A stretch of 64,000 nt of DNA, taken from assembly GCA_051362555.1 (NCBI GenBank), contig CM120647.1:4464001-4528000 (forward strand). The letters run 5' to 3'. Of the stretch, positions 1 through 12,216 are shown in pieces. Positions within the stretch are counted from its first letter, which is position 1, and each line of letters begins with the position of its first letter. The stretch comes from Lingula anatina (taxonomy: Eukaryota; Animalia; Brachiopoda). Below the pieces are notes generated by a model. The model was not told the origin of the DNA and ran no database searches. It worked only from the letters and a program-made list of their open reading frames with translations. The position numbers were made by a program, and so were the translations under genes.

Positions 1-414
1 ACTCAATTATATACTTTTTTGATGAATCAACCGAAAAAAAATAATTATCAGCACTCAAAAATAACAATGATAAAAAATATTCCATATTAAGTAGCAACCC
101 TGTATACTGGGTTCCCATACCTAGATCGATCCAACAAGATCCATCTATCTCCAAGGGTTTATTGTTAGTTTGATAGTGTCTGGGAACGGTTCCTTAGATT
201 GACCGTTTCTTAATCGTTATTAATTATCATTTGTTTATTAAAACTTTGTATTGTGTTTGTCATCCTGGTGATTTGACTCATAAAGCGATTTGGCTGTGTA
301 CTTCAAACCTCCTCATATTTTGTAAGCTCAGCTTGAACAGTCAGGTGTGCGTCGGCCTCTAAGTGGTGGATTGGTAGTACGCGACGGGTAATGTGCGATT
401 GACGGCAGAGGAAT

Positions 415-495
415 TACGGCAATCCTCCATGTCGCAATATCTTAAACCATTCAACATTGAAGATCCACTACGAAAGTGATACATTCTTTCCAAGT
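415..495 (+). other. 81-bp copy of part of exon 4 lying in intron 1 of copy 1
   Basis: tacggcaatcc...ttccaagt matches exon-4 sequence (about 2634-2714) and reads YGNPPCRNILNHSTLKIHYESDTFFPS. The same fragment occurs at 39930-40010. Confidence 0.85.
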
Positions 496-890
496 CTTGC
501 AAATCAAATAAGCCCGATCCACTTGAATATTTGTCGCTGAATCCCCGCGGGAATTTTATTAGGAGTTTATAAGAGTTTTTAAATGGGTCGCAACATTTAA
601 TCCGCGGTTTTGTTACTCCGCTGTTGTGAATGCGTTCATAAAAAATTCTAGCCCCCCCCCCCGCACCCCCGATCAATAAGAAATATTCAGAAAATGGATG
701 AAATGGATGAAAACATTTCGTTCGTCCGGGGGGAATTGTCCGGGGGGATTGTCCTAGGGGAATAGTCCGGGGGATTGTCCGGGGGGGGGGTTGTCCTGAT
801 ACCTATTCAAGGTATTGAAGGAACCAGCTTACTGTTCCGATACAAACATGTCGCTGTCATTTTCAAGTATCATCTTGTCACTCTTTGCAG

Positions 891-2846
891 CATCAAAGTG
901 TTCATTGTGGCAGCCATCCTCGGCATCGTGGTAGTGGCAAATGGTGGCCGTGGACCAATGCTTAACGACCGCCGTGACACCTGTTCCAACAGTGCCACCC
1001 CCTGCTATGACTATGTCCTCACCTTCATTATGGACGGAAGAACAGACAATTTATTTCGCCAAAGCCGCAGCGAGATTCTGGCTCATCACCAGTTGGCAGG
1101 GAGAACTGAATCTGACGCCATTCAGGAGGGGAAAATGGCGACCGCCTGGCTGAAGGCGTGGAGTGTTTTTTGTTTTTGTTCCGACTGATTTTCTTAAAAG
1201 CAGTCCGTTTATATTTGATCACAATTTAATTAATTAAAATTACTTCAAAATGTTCAAAATACTGTTGCAGAATAGACAGACTAACATTGGTTATCATGTT
1301 ATCAAAATCTCTAGCATCATAGTAAAAAATAAACCTTTGCTAATAATGACATCAATATCAGCAACTCTACCTGCAGCTTTATACCGAGCCGATTTCTTTT
1401 TAGTTTAAAATAAGAATTATTGGCCAAAGTTTCAAAACGTTTTAGATATTTCAATAGTTTTAAATGGCACAGTAGTACAATTGCAGTCCGAACTCTTATT
1501 AATATGTTGGTCAACAATTACATTGTCACCTCAGATATTTCAGATGCAATCCCCTGATAATAAGATTAATAGTAAATAAGATAAATCTAGGTCTCTAAAC
1601 GATATATTTCAGGATATAGAACCTTAAAAAGCTAACATCGCTATTTTATCAGGGTCATTGTCAACGTCAGTCTTCACAGTTATTTAACCTGCTTAGATAT
1701 CAGCGCTTATTTTGTCTCAACATCATTGTATTTCTTTCAGACAAAATACGGTATTGACTTCACCGATGTGGCGGATGACGTGTACTTAGATGGCACCAAG
1801 GCGGTGACAAGCCCTGACGGCTCCGTAACTTTCAGAACTTTCATATTGGACCCTGCTGTCAGATACAGGCTGGTTTCGGCCAGCAAACAACATGAGGTAG
1901 AATTCTTTAACGCCCCAATTTCTGATGCGGGTAAGTGAACACCGCGGGGCCATGCAGTTATGACCATGTACATGTAGCAGATGACTGAACCTTCATTTAA
2001 TACTCTTTTGTAAACCACGCATATACTACACATACAAACAAACGCGCAGACAGACAAACAGAGAGACAGGCAGGAAGGCAGACAGACAGAAGGACAGACA
2101 GTCACACAGCTGTTTAGTCCACACACATATGTACATTCAGCATTGTGGAAACTTATAGGTACATGTACGAGGAAACTTCATTTTGGGGGGTAATTCCCTT
2201 GGAGAGGACCTATAAATATCATATTGAAATAAGAAAAAAGTCTGTATACACATCAGTAATACAATTTAATCATTGTACATGCACCACGGTAGTATATCTC
2301 TGGGCCCCGTATCTCGAAAGCATCGCGCACTGCGACCGTACGCAAGCGTTTCAATTACATAACTCGCCCATACTCGTCCCTATTTGAGATAGCGATTCGC
2401 AATACGCGATGCTTTCGAGATACGGGGCCCTGATCTCAATCTCCGCCTGTGATAACATGTGTATCAAACTTTCAGGCTGGATGGTCATGGTGAACGACGA
2501 CTATCAAGCTGGCGGTACCTTCAACATGGTGGTACCAAGGGGAAGCATTATCTTATACGGTGATTACGTCATTCCCCTTTGTGACAGCATGGGGAAGAAG
2601 AACAAGAACATAGTGAATAATTACAACTTCTCCTACGGTAATCCTTCGTGCCGCAATATCTTAGACCAGTCAACACTGAAGATCCACTACGAAAGTAATA
2701 CATTTTTTCCAACTGTCGGCGTTATTGACTGTGTCGTCAAGGAAACGTCGTGGGGGATTGGCGTGGCACGAGGGGTATCATTTGTAGAGGCAGGCAATAA
2801 ATACTCTGTTCGCAATGTGTTGACCTTTCCCGTGTCGCAGCCATAA
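891..2846 (+). CDS. Uncharacterised secreted protein family, copy 1 (exons 2-4; exon 1 lies upstream of the window)
   Basis: Exons 891-1155, 1741-1930 and 2476-2846 have AG acceptors and matching phases (2/0/1) and splice into an open frame ending RNVLTFPVSQP*. The N-terminus is hydrophobic (IKVFIVAAILGIVVVANG). The exon-2 donor is GC (AAG|gcgtgg) where the paralogues have GT. Confidence 0.75.
2303..2429. mobile_element. PIF/Harbinger-like MITE in intron 3 of copy 1
   Basis: TIRs ggccccgtatctcgaaagcatcgcg / cgcgatgctttcgagatacggggcc with a 3-bp CTG duplication. The empty site (cctctgatctc) is seen in copy 5. Confidence 0.75.
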
Positions 2847-3429
2847 GGGAGTTCCATATCGGTTTGCACTTGATAAAAAGCATATGAAATAATGCTAAGA
2901 TGGAAATACAATGTAAATTAAAATGGCCTTATGGCATTGTGACCCTTTACTTTCATCCAGATACCAAAAATGAAGTTTTTCTTGTATCTATGTAGTCAAT
3001 ATATATCTATCTTTGTGCTGTTTGGAAAGAATAAAAAACCTCCGAAAATATAAAATGCTTGTGTTTATATTTTTTGTTGCAATGTAAACTGATGCTCATA
3101 AGTTAAGCAGACACCCCGATTTTTTCAAAAGTTTCTTCTATCATGATCATTATTTCATTTGTTGGTGGGATTATGCATATTTCTTTCATATTTTATAAAT
3201 AACTTATTCGAGTTGAATATATTGGTTAAAGAAATACGCCACACAGCTTATTGTAATGATCAACATGACTTTATTAACCAAACGGTACTAAAATATGCCA
3301 AACCATGTGTGCCCACACAGCAAAAAGTACGTGCTGATTAAAACAGCTTATCATGAAAAAATAAAGTTCGATCATCTAAGAATTATCTTTAATAAAAGAA
3401 GACTGTAGATAATAGATGATTAATCGTCT

Positions 3430-3860
3430 ATTATGCAATAAATATCGGGTGTGCTTTCCCTGGTTTTGAACAACAGCTTCACATTGTCTCCTGCAACTTG
3501 CCACCAAATTCTGCCAATCTTGCTTTGAGAGCCGGCTCCATTCTTTATTCACTGCCTGTTGGACCTCTCTAATGTTTCTAACTGGATGTTGTCTCTCATT
3601 TATTACCCTGTCAATCATATCCTACGCATGCTCGATTACATTGAGAATTGGTAAATATGCAGGCCAATCCAAATGTGGAATACCGCGCTGTTGCAGCGCG
3701 TCTTGTACGGACCATGCTTTCTGGATGATTTTTCATTCTGGATTTGCTTGAATGTGTGATTGTATGCACCCCAGTGGTATTTCGTCTCTGTATTGTTGGC
3801 CAGGGTGCCTCCCTTGAATGACGTATGGTGGCAATTTTTCATTGTTTGGCTGAAATGAAC
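3430..3860 (-). pseudogene. Degenerate Tc1/mariner transposase fragment
   Basis: The minus strand reads LDWPAYLPILNVIEHA*DMIDR...EWSRL...LVASCRRQCEAVVQNQGKHTRY, a decayed version of the Tc1 WPxxSPDLNPIExxW...GGHTRY C-terminus, with stops. Confidence 0.75.
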
Positions 3861-4242
3861 TGGTCCTGGTGAAATGAACTGGTCCTTTAGTCACTGAAGA
3901 CTGAAGATTTATTTCTTACACAGATTAATGTATGTAAGGCAGTATATAAGGAGTTTTGTTCGAAGGGGGGCAATATCCTTAAATGAGGGCTTTTACTGCA
4001 TGTGTAACGTCAAATAAGTCTGGAAAACGTGCGAGAATCTGCGTAACGTAGAGCGTTATACATGTGTACGTAGAGCAAAATGAGTGAAGCTCCACAGGGG
4101 TACGTCTTTCCTCGTGACTGAACAACGTTTTTCCACAGGGGTCCAGCCTTGCTATTATGGGACCATTCTCACAGATATTTCGATCTATCTATCTCCCTGG
4201 AGAGTCTCACTAAATCGCTTTCAACTTAACCGGCTTGAGAAT

Positions 4243-5772
4243 AGTTATTCTCTTGATGCCAAGATCTTCACTGAAGCTTGGCTAAATGGACAGGCTTCAG
4301 TAACCATAATATCGCCACGGACATATAATATCCCTAGGTATGTATGAGAAGCATACCATGCAACAATAAAGCTAAAACATGGAAAAATTGCATTTTAAAT
4401 AGCTTCATCCGAGTAGCACAGAAGTCATAGCACAAGAAGCTACACGCACACAGCTCTTTACTTGAGGCAAGCTTTTGAGGCGGTTCCATGAATGAATTCT
4501 CGCTGCAAAATTACCAAGATGCACATCTGTGAATATTTCTACTGAAAATGAATCTTGAGTTCTGGCCTTGCATATTGTTTCAAAGTACATAGAGTGTTGT
4601 ATCTGGGTAAAGCGATAAATGTACAGCTGGTCATATCCTATAATGGTCCTTTTTCAAGTGAATGCCCACTATCCAGGTAAATTATACGTGTACGTGTAAA
4701 TTATACGTGCTGTACAGTGCCGATTTTGAATCAAAAGCTCAATTCCTTCCTTTATTCACGTTTTCAGTGGCGGTAATTTCCAAGGAGTTCCAACCTTTTT
4801 TACACTATGTTCCGTATACCCGATGTCGGATTTCTTCTTTTTCTTCTTCTTCATTGGTTTCCTGTAGGAAATTTAATTATTCACGAATTTATTATTATCG
4901 AATGAAATTATTAAAATACTTATATCAATTCTTGTTTAAATATAGTACACACATATTTCTGGTAGACAGAATTGATGAAATGTTAATCTGGGAATCGTTT
5001 GCATTGGCTCCAAATTCTAGGATTGAAAAATGTACCTATTTTATTTGGGACATACACACTTACTGCATTGTGTCACTATCTTTCTTTGCGGTATACCAGC
5101 TAGTTATAGCTTCGATCGTACAGGGGTACTTTACTCTGACTTCTTACACTATCTTTAGAATTGGCCGAAGTCTGTCTCCTGTAAACCAAATATTTTGCCA
5201 GAGAAGAATTTCATCAGCTGTGTTATGTTATAAGAATGAAATATTTTTTATTCAATTAACAGCTAGTATTGACAGCTAATTTACCTTCAATATTTTATGG
5301 TAGGCTCACTCCCCGATGAAAATGCTCTGAGAGACATCGAAATATTGAAGGTAATATTTAGCTGTCGATATTATGTGTTGATTGAAGAAAATATCCTTTA
5401 TTCTATTCTTGCATGGTGAATATACAACTAATGTGGAAAAATCTGAATATTAAGCATAAAAAATCTGCATACTAAAAAGGTTAGTAAAGTAAACCAACAC
5501 CGAGGGCATTCCGCTAGAAATATGAATATGCTACCAGCTAGAAATATGAAATATACTTTTTGCAAAGTATTTGTGGCTTTACTTGCACATCAACTTACGT
5601 ACTTACCTAGTATAACCCCAATTTCTACAAGTAACTCTGATTTTGCGATACTCTCCCTAAATTATGTCTCGACCTTGATCAATGTATTGATCTTCTTTTC
5701 AAATAATAGTTCAACAATTTACTGCTGTTTCTACTACTAGTACTACTGCTGCTGCTGTTGCTACTACTACTA
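4243..5772. repeat. Duplicated spacer shared with about 56974-58497 (part of the segmental duplication)
   Basis: Co-linear high similarity over ~1.5 kb, ending in the same (CTA/CTG)n tract. Confidence 0.85.
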
Positions 5773-5792
5773 ATACTTAATCACTAGGCCGG

Positions 5793-7229
5793 TGTAACAG
5801 TAATCCAAGTCCTCCAGGAACCGAGGTCCTTCGGACCTCGGTTCCTGGTAATGGTTGTCTGTAGGACTAACATTACTTGGGAATAGTAGTCCTACATGGA
5901 CGTAGGCTCCTGGCTCATAATTATAGTAGGTAGGACTTGTATTACTGTCGGACTTTTATTCCTGTTACACCTATGACAGTAATAAAAGTCCGGCCATTTG
6001 AAAGTCCCATCCTTAGCCAATAATACTGTCAAATGATAAAATTATAAATGTATGTGAAATCCTTCTGGTGAGCCATATATGAGACAAAAAATGAGAGGTG
6101 TGCAACTTCAGCTCGTCTGTGTAGTGGTTAGCGTGCAAGACTACAAGGTAAGAATTCATGAATCCTACTGTTGTATCTATGGGTTCGAGACTCGCTTCGA
6201 AATGACCTTACTTCCCCCCTTACCCCTACTTATTACTTGTAGCAAATTTTAATGTTTAATGGTGTTTTTAATGTCTAATATGTGTTCGAAATTCCATGCT
6301 AATTACATTTACAATTTTTTTTTGTTTTGTCTTTTAAGTGTCAAAGCACCAAAATAGCAACGGGTTATTACATAATATTATATACATTTATTGAAATTTT
6401 CAATTTCTAAACTGTCTTGATTTGTCTTAAATCTCAGCCCATACTTTCCAAGAGCAAATTTCCATCGAGTTTGAGTTTTTTTTTTTTAACTTCAGCGAGT
6501 GTAAACCGAAAAATAAATCTAAATACGGAGATCCCGCGTTTTGTGTAAAGTGATTTTTCTCTTAGGAATAAGGTTTTGAAAAAGAGAGAGAGGGAGATAA
6601 AATAAGAATTTCGACGCAAAACACAAAAGGTACACCCCAGTAGAAAAGGACATGAAATAATATACACTTTACACGTACCTCAAAGGATGAAAATAAGAAA
6701 TGCCTTTGGATGGTGCCTTATTTTGCTAAAAAAAATATCGGGCAAACCAGGCTCATACATATTGTGCAATGAGGGAGGCGTACGCCAAAAATATGCGTTA
6801 ACACGTCAAAATTTGCGTTTACTAGATGAAAAATGCACATAAAATTGTTTCTTTATTAATATGCATATAAACTGCCTATCGGAAAACACTGTAAAATATA
6901 AAGATAAAATGTCATATAAATATAATAAAGCAAACGTTTATTATATCTTTAAAACTAGTATGTCTCTATTTCTATTTATTTATGTAATTTCTTGGTGTAA
7001 ACTATATAGGACAAGCGTTACTAAAATGTTAGGAACGCACGTCCCATTAGGACGTGTATTACTACACGTAGGACTTGCAATACTTGGGAGCCTTCGTCCT
7101 ACGGACATTGAATCCTAGTAAAGTATGTCCTAGGACTTCCATTCCTAACAATACATGCCCTAGGACTTGCATTCCCAGGACTTAGTGTCCGGGCGGACTT
7201 GCGATACGAGGACGTGCACTCCTGCCACA
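5793..7229 (+). mobile_element. Ginger1-type non-autonomous DNA transposon, element A copy 1
   Basis: TGT...ACA termini flanked by CCGG (5789-5792 and 7230-7233), with repetitive aggac/gtcct subterminal motifs. It is the reverse complement of 9757-11186. CCGG target duplications with TGT ends are diagnostic of Ginger1. Confidence 0.8.
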
Positions 7230-9132
7230 CCGGAACGTCAGTATAGTGATGAAGTTGGACAGGTCACTGTGGACTGCAGCTTTTTCGCTGGATTTCATGG
7301 CCAATCGTTTTATATTGTTTCAATAAAAAAATCCCAAAGTAAATGGTCAATGATACCCGTGCTAAATAATCATACGTTGGAGGGATCTATAGAAGATTAC
7401 TGGAACCGCCCCTACACATTCACCAGTCCAGCCACAGTGCAAATTTCTGAAGCAACAACAACAGATGCTGGCAACTACACGTGTGGTATAATCATAGTCC
7501 GAGGATACGACGGTCCTTATTTCTCTTACAAAGGGATCAAAGTTGCTTTAAGGGGTAGGTATATATGAGGTTTTACCTACGCCAATGAATTAAGTTTGTT
7601 TAAAAATGAATTAAACATAACCCAAAATGCTTTACTTTTTAATGCAAACCCCGTTAGCAAAAATCAGGATAAAACGCCTAAATGTAATAATTAATGGCGG
7701 TTGTTATAATATTAATATATAATTCCCATGGCCTTTTTTACATCAAGATGAAAACTGCACTGATCTCTTAATGCTGACAGATACATTGCAATATATCTAC
7801 ATAACAAATTCCTCGCATTTGCATATATAACGTACATTTAGTTTTAGACAAGTTTCCAGTTCAGATATGATACCTGACGTGACGATTATACATGCAATTC
7901 AATGCTTACTTATTTTTAAGTTACAGAAGCTAAGAGTAGTATTACAATAGCAGAAGCAGGACAAACATTAGATGCAGGAACAGATGTTATGCTAACATGC
8001 CAGTTCCAGACGAATATCAGTGGAGTCAGAACAATAGAATGGAATAAAAAACTATGTGATGGATCTAATATTAGGGTCAATGCCATCACTATTATACCTC
8101 CGCCAATAGTTATTGCAAACCCCAATTCAACTTATGGAAACCGTGGAAGTAACTTGGTTTTGAATTCCACAGAAGAGTCAGATAGTGCTGAGTACACGTG
8201 TGTTGTATCCATGCATTGGTTCTGAATCCAAATCCAGCAAGCGTTATCTTAGAATTAAAAGTAAGTGGTGCCATATGATTTTCAATCCGTTGCACTTATA
8301 ATTATGACTATTCAACCTTTATGTCTTCAAGAAGTACGGCATTATTTGACTTTAAATCCATTAACCTATATGGGCATCTGTAAGTGTTTCATCCACTGGG
8401 TAGTGCATTGTTTGCATAAAAAATATGATTTTCTTTGATATACTCACTAAAATAGCACACTTTTTCACTTCTGTAATTTTTCAGAGACCTCTGCACTTCC
8501 TTTCATTATTACCGACGTCTACGAAGTAGAAGTGGGGGAAACAGTTTTTGTGAAGTGCACTTCTAAAGGGGCCAGACCATGTGTTGACCTCACATGGAAG
8601 TTCCCCACCAGTGGATCAACTGGCCTAATCATTTTGATAGAAAATCACAGTGCCTATAAGGCATATTGTGATCCAGATTATGGAGATACTGTCTCGATAT
8701 TTGCTTGGACAGTTGAACAGGAGTTGTGCGACTTGTACTGCAACTGGCATCGCGGTTCAAGGCACTGCACCATCAGATCAATTCTGTTTGGAAGTCAAAG
8801 GTATGTTAAAAAATACAAATGAAACAATAACAGACTTTCATTGCACTGGCTTGCTTTTCTTGGCATTAACTTTTTCTTGAATGTTTTCATATTGAGAAAT
8901 ATTAAAATAATGTTTTATAGGTATGTTTTATTAATATGATATGACACGTTTATTACATACTGTGTTCAACTTATGATGCGCGTGCGCGCGCGCTCGAAAT
9001 CATATAATATAATATGATTTCATATATGAATCATATAATATGATTTCACCCACATCACAGTTTTCATATATGTAATTCAGGTAAGAGGAGGCGTTACTCT
9101 TTGTTACCCGAAGAGATGCAACTTTCTCTAAG
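7230..9132 (+). pseudogene. Immunoglobulin-superfamily gene, left copy (inverted, frameshifted)
   Basis: Exons 7230-7554 (V-like, VDC...DAGNYTC; 5' part displaced), 7927-8260 (LTC..IEW..DSAEYTC; 4-nt insertion leads to a stop), 8485-8800 (KCTSKGARP; frameshifting deletion) and 9081-9132. Paralogous to 59810-61003. Confidence 0.85.
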
Positions 9133-9499
9133 GTAAGATTCTGGATTGAGTTTAAAGTAAATTAAACTTATGTTGCGCTTATAATTAATTATTTTATCAA
9201 AATGCCCAAGACGACAGTTTACAATTAAAAAATTCAATTCATAAGAACGTCAGCACTTACATAAGAATTACTAAAGAAGTCTTTGAACATCAATCATAAA
9301 AAACACAATAAGTTGAGTTTTAGAAAATACTTAAAAACTGTTACAGTTACTTTAAGATCTTATAAAAAAGCGGTTTGTTTCAATGTGGTATACCACCCCC
9401 TTAATCCAGATGGCGCTGTTGGATTTTCAGCCCTTCTTCAGCCATTTTGTTAAATAAAGCACACACGTACACCATAAACATCCATTAGTAGCCTACCGG

Positions 9500-9752
9500 T
9501 GCGAACAGTAAGTCAAATTCGACAAGGGCTTGGTCTGAAATGTAGGGTTGTGATCGATTACCTCTGCATAAGACAAAATGCCTTTAGAATCCCGGTGACA
9601 GCGAGTCACCCATGATAGAGAGTCCGATTCCCATTCATTTGTACAGGTAAGCCTCGCCCTAGACTTTCACCCACCTAGGTCTAGCTAACCCTAACCATTA
9701 TAACTAAATATAAGGCGGACTTTCTGTTACAGGGGTCCTAAATTTCGTTACA
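9500..9752 (-). mobile_element. Short Ginger1-type element C
   Basis: TGCGAAC...GTTACA flanked by CCGG (9496-9499 and 9753-9756). The paralogous copy at 59011-59282 lies in the opposite orientation. Confidence 0.65.
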
Positions 9753-9756
9753 CCGG

Positions 9757-11186
9757 TGTGGCAGGAGTGCACGTCCTCGTATAGCAAGTCCGCCCGGACA
9801 GTAAGTCCTGGGAATGCAAGTCCTAGGACATGCATTGTTAGGAATGGAAGTCCTAGGACATACGTTACTAGGATTCAATGTCCGTAGGACGAAGGCTCCA
9901 AGGTAGTGCAAGTCCTACGTGTAGTAATGCACGTCCTAAAGGGACGTGCGTTCCTTACATTTTAGTAACGCATGTCCTATATAGTTTACACCAAGAAATG
10001 ACATAAATAAATAGAAATAGAGGCACACTAGTTTTAAAGATATAATTAACGTATGCTTTATTATATTTATATGACATTTTATCTTTATATTTTACAATGT
10101 TTTCCGATAGGCAGTTTATATACATATTAATGAAGAAACAAAAACAATTTACTTATTTCATGTGCATTTTTCATCTAGTAAACGCAAATTTTGACGTGTT
10201 AACGCATATCTTTGGCGTACGCCTCCCTCATTGCATAATATGTATGAGCCTGGTTTTCCCGATACTTTTAACAAAATAAGGCACCATCCAAAGGCATCTC
10301 TTATTTTCATCCTTTAAGGTATGTGTAAAGTGTATATTGTTTCATGCCCTTTTCTACTGGGCTGTACCTTTTGTGTTTGCATCGAAATTCTTATTTTCTC
10401 TCCCTCTCTCTCTTTTTCAAAACCTTATTCCTAAGAGAAAAATCACTTTACACAAAACGCGGGATCTCCGTTCTTAGATTTATTTTTCGGTTTACACTCG
10501 CTGAAATTAAAAAAAACTCAAACTCCATGGAAATTTGCTCCTGGAAAGTATGGGCTGAGATTTAAGACAAATCAAGACAGTTTAGAAATTGAAAATTTAG
10601 AAATTGAAAATTGCAGTGTATATAATATTACGTAATAACCCTTCGCCACTTTGGTGCTTTGACACTTATAAGACAAAACAAAAAAAAGTTGTAAATGTAA
10701 TTAGCACAGAATTTCGTTTAGACATTAAAAACACCATTAAACATTTTGCTACAAGTAATAAATAGGGGTAAAGGGGGGGGGAGTAAGGTAAGGTCAAAGG
10801 TAGCTCTCGAACCCATAGATGCAGAAGAAGGATTCATTAATTCTTACCTTGTAGTCTTGCACGCTAACCACTACAGACGAGATGAAGTTGCAAGCCTGTC
10901 ATTTTTTGTCTCATATATGGCTCACCAGAAGGATTTCACATACATTCATAGTTTTATCATTTGACAGTATTATTGGCTAAGGATAGGACTTTCAAATTGC
11001 CGGACTTTTATTACTGTCATAGGTGTAACAGGAATAAAAGTCCGACAGTAATACAAGTCCTACCTACTATAATTATGAGCCAGGAACCTACGTCCCTGTA
11101 GGACTACTATTCCCAAGTAATGTTAGTCCTACAGACAACCATTACCGAAGGACCTCGGTTCCTGGGGGACTTGTATTACTGTTACA
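9757..11186 (-). mobile_element. Ginger1-type element A copy 2 (inverted relative to copy 1)
   Basis: Reverse complement of 5793-7229, with CCGG at 9753-9756 and 11187-11190. Confidence 0.8.
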
Positions 11187-12023
11187 CCGGTGTGAACGGA
11201 ATGCAGGTCCGCCCGGACCACCGTTCCTGAGGAATAGTAGTCCTAATGGGACCTGCATTCCTGATATAATAAAGGGTAGGACTTCTATTCCTGGCGGACC
11301 TGCATAACGTTTACATTAGTCAACGGAATGAAGGTCCGCCCTGTAACTATGTCCGACCATTTAAACTAGTGGATAATGACTATTGGCAGTAATAGTATGC
11401 TTTAGTGAGCACATATAAGTACCCCGTAAAATCAATGGTTTGCCAGTTCGTCTCCCTGGTGTAGTGGTCAGGCTGTGCAGTGTAATGGATGTTATACAGA
11501 GTAATTGTGTAAGTGGATGGAGGTTCGAATTTCGTTTACAAAAATAAAATTATGTTTACTTTTCGTGTGAATTTTTTTCTTTTGTTTTATCCTGGTCGTC
11601 ATTTTTGCCACGTAGCAAAATTTTGATTGGTTACAGACATAACTAGATGTCACACGCTACCTTGTTCTACTATAAAAACCGCTCATATATGAATACCACC
11701 CCCCCCCCCCCCCCTCTAGACGTTTGATATGGAAGGGACAAGCAGCACCCGGACCAGGCCCGAAGTTGAAGTTATTTTCCAATATCTTCAGGAGGGCACG
11801 TAACCAATCGAGACAACAGCAACTCAGAAAAGAGTTATTCGGAGAACAAGCAAGTCTAATTATAAAGTAAACTTTCAATTTTCATGATGTTTAATATGCA
11901 ATATTATTAGAGGTCACACTACGTTATACGCAGATATATAATTCCAGGGATGTGTGTACAATGGGCCTATGTACCTTCAATAAATGTCCTATAGGGGATT
12001 ACTATTTAATGGGTATTTATGCC

Positions 12024-12211
12024 CGGGGGACTACCATTTCTGGGATTTTAGGTCCGGGGGACTACCATTTATAGGATTTTAGGTCCGGGGACTACCGTTT
12101 CTAGGATTTTAGGTCCGGGGACTACCATTTCTAGGATTTTAGGTCCGGGGACTACCATTTCTAGGATTTTAGGTCCGGGGACTACCATTTCTAGGATTTT
12201 AGGTCCGGGGA
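12024..12211. repeat. 30-bp minisatellite (about 6 copies)
   Basis: Unit ggggactaccatttctaggattttaggtcc repeated head-to-tail without spacers. Confidence 0.9.
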
Positions 12212-12216
12212 CAGTA

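Noticed and set aside
941-1153. Pro/Thr-rich alternative-frame ORF recurring in several copies
   Set aside because: It is a shadow frame of exon 2; the splice phases and signal peptide support the other frame.
4243-4347. LDAKIFTEAWLN resembling a LINE endonuclease motif
   Set aside because: Too short, with no further endonuclease or RT motifs nearby.
4662-5279. 205-aa ORF
   Set aside because: The paralogous region (about 57410-58010) is broken by stops and indels, and there are no recognisable motifs.
6111-6200. Functional tRNA gene
   Set aside because: A and B boxes are present, but no convincing acceptor or anticodon stems can be folded by eye. It is reported only as a tRNA-like module.
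9680-9700. taaccctaacc telomere-like motif (also near 59070)
   Set aside because: Only about two units, internal to a transposon.
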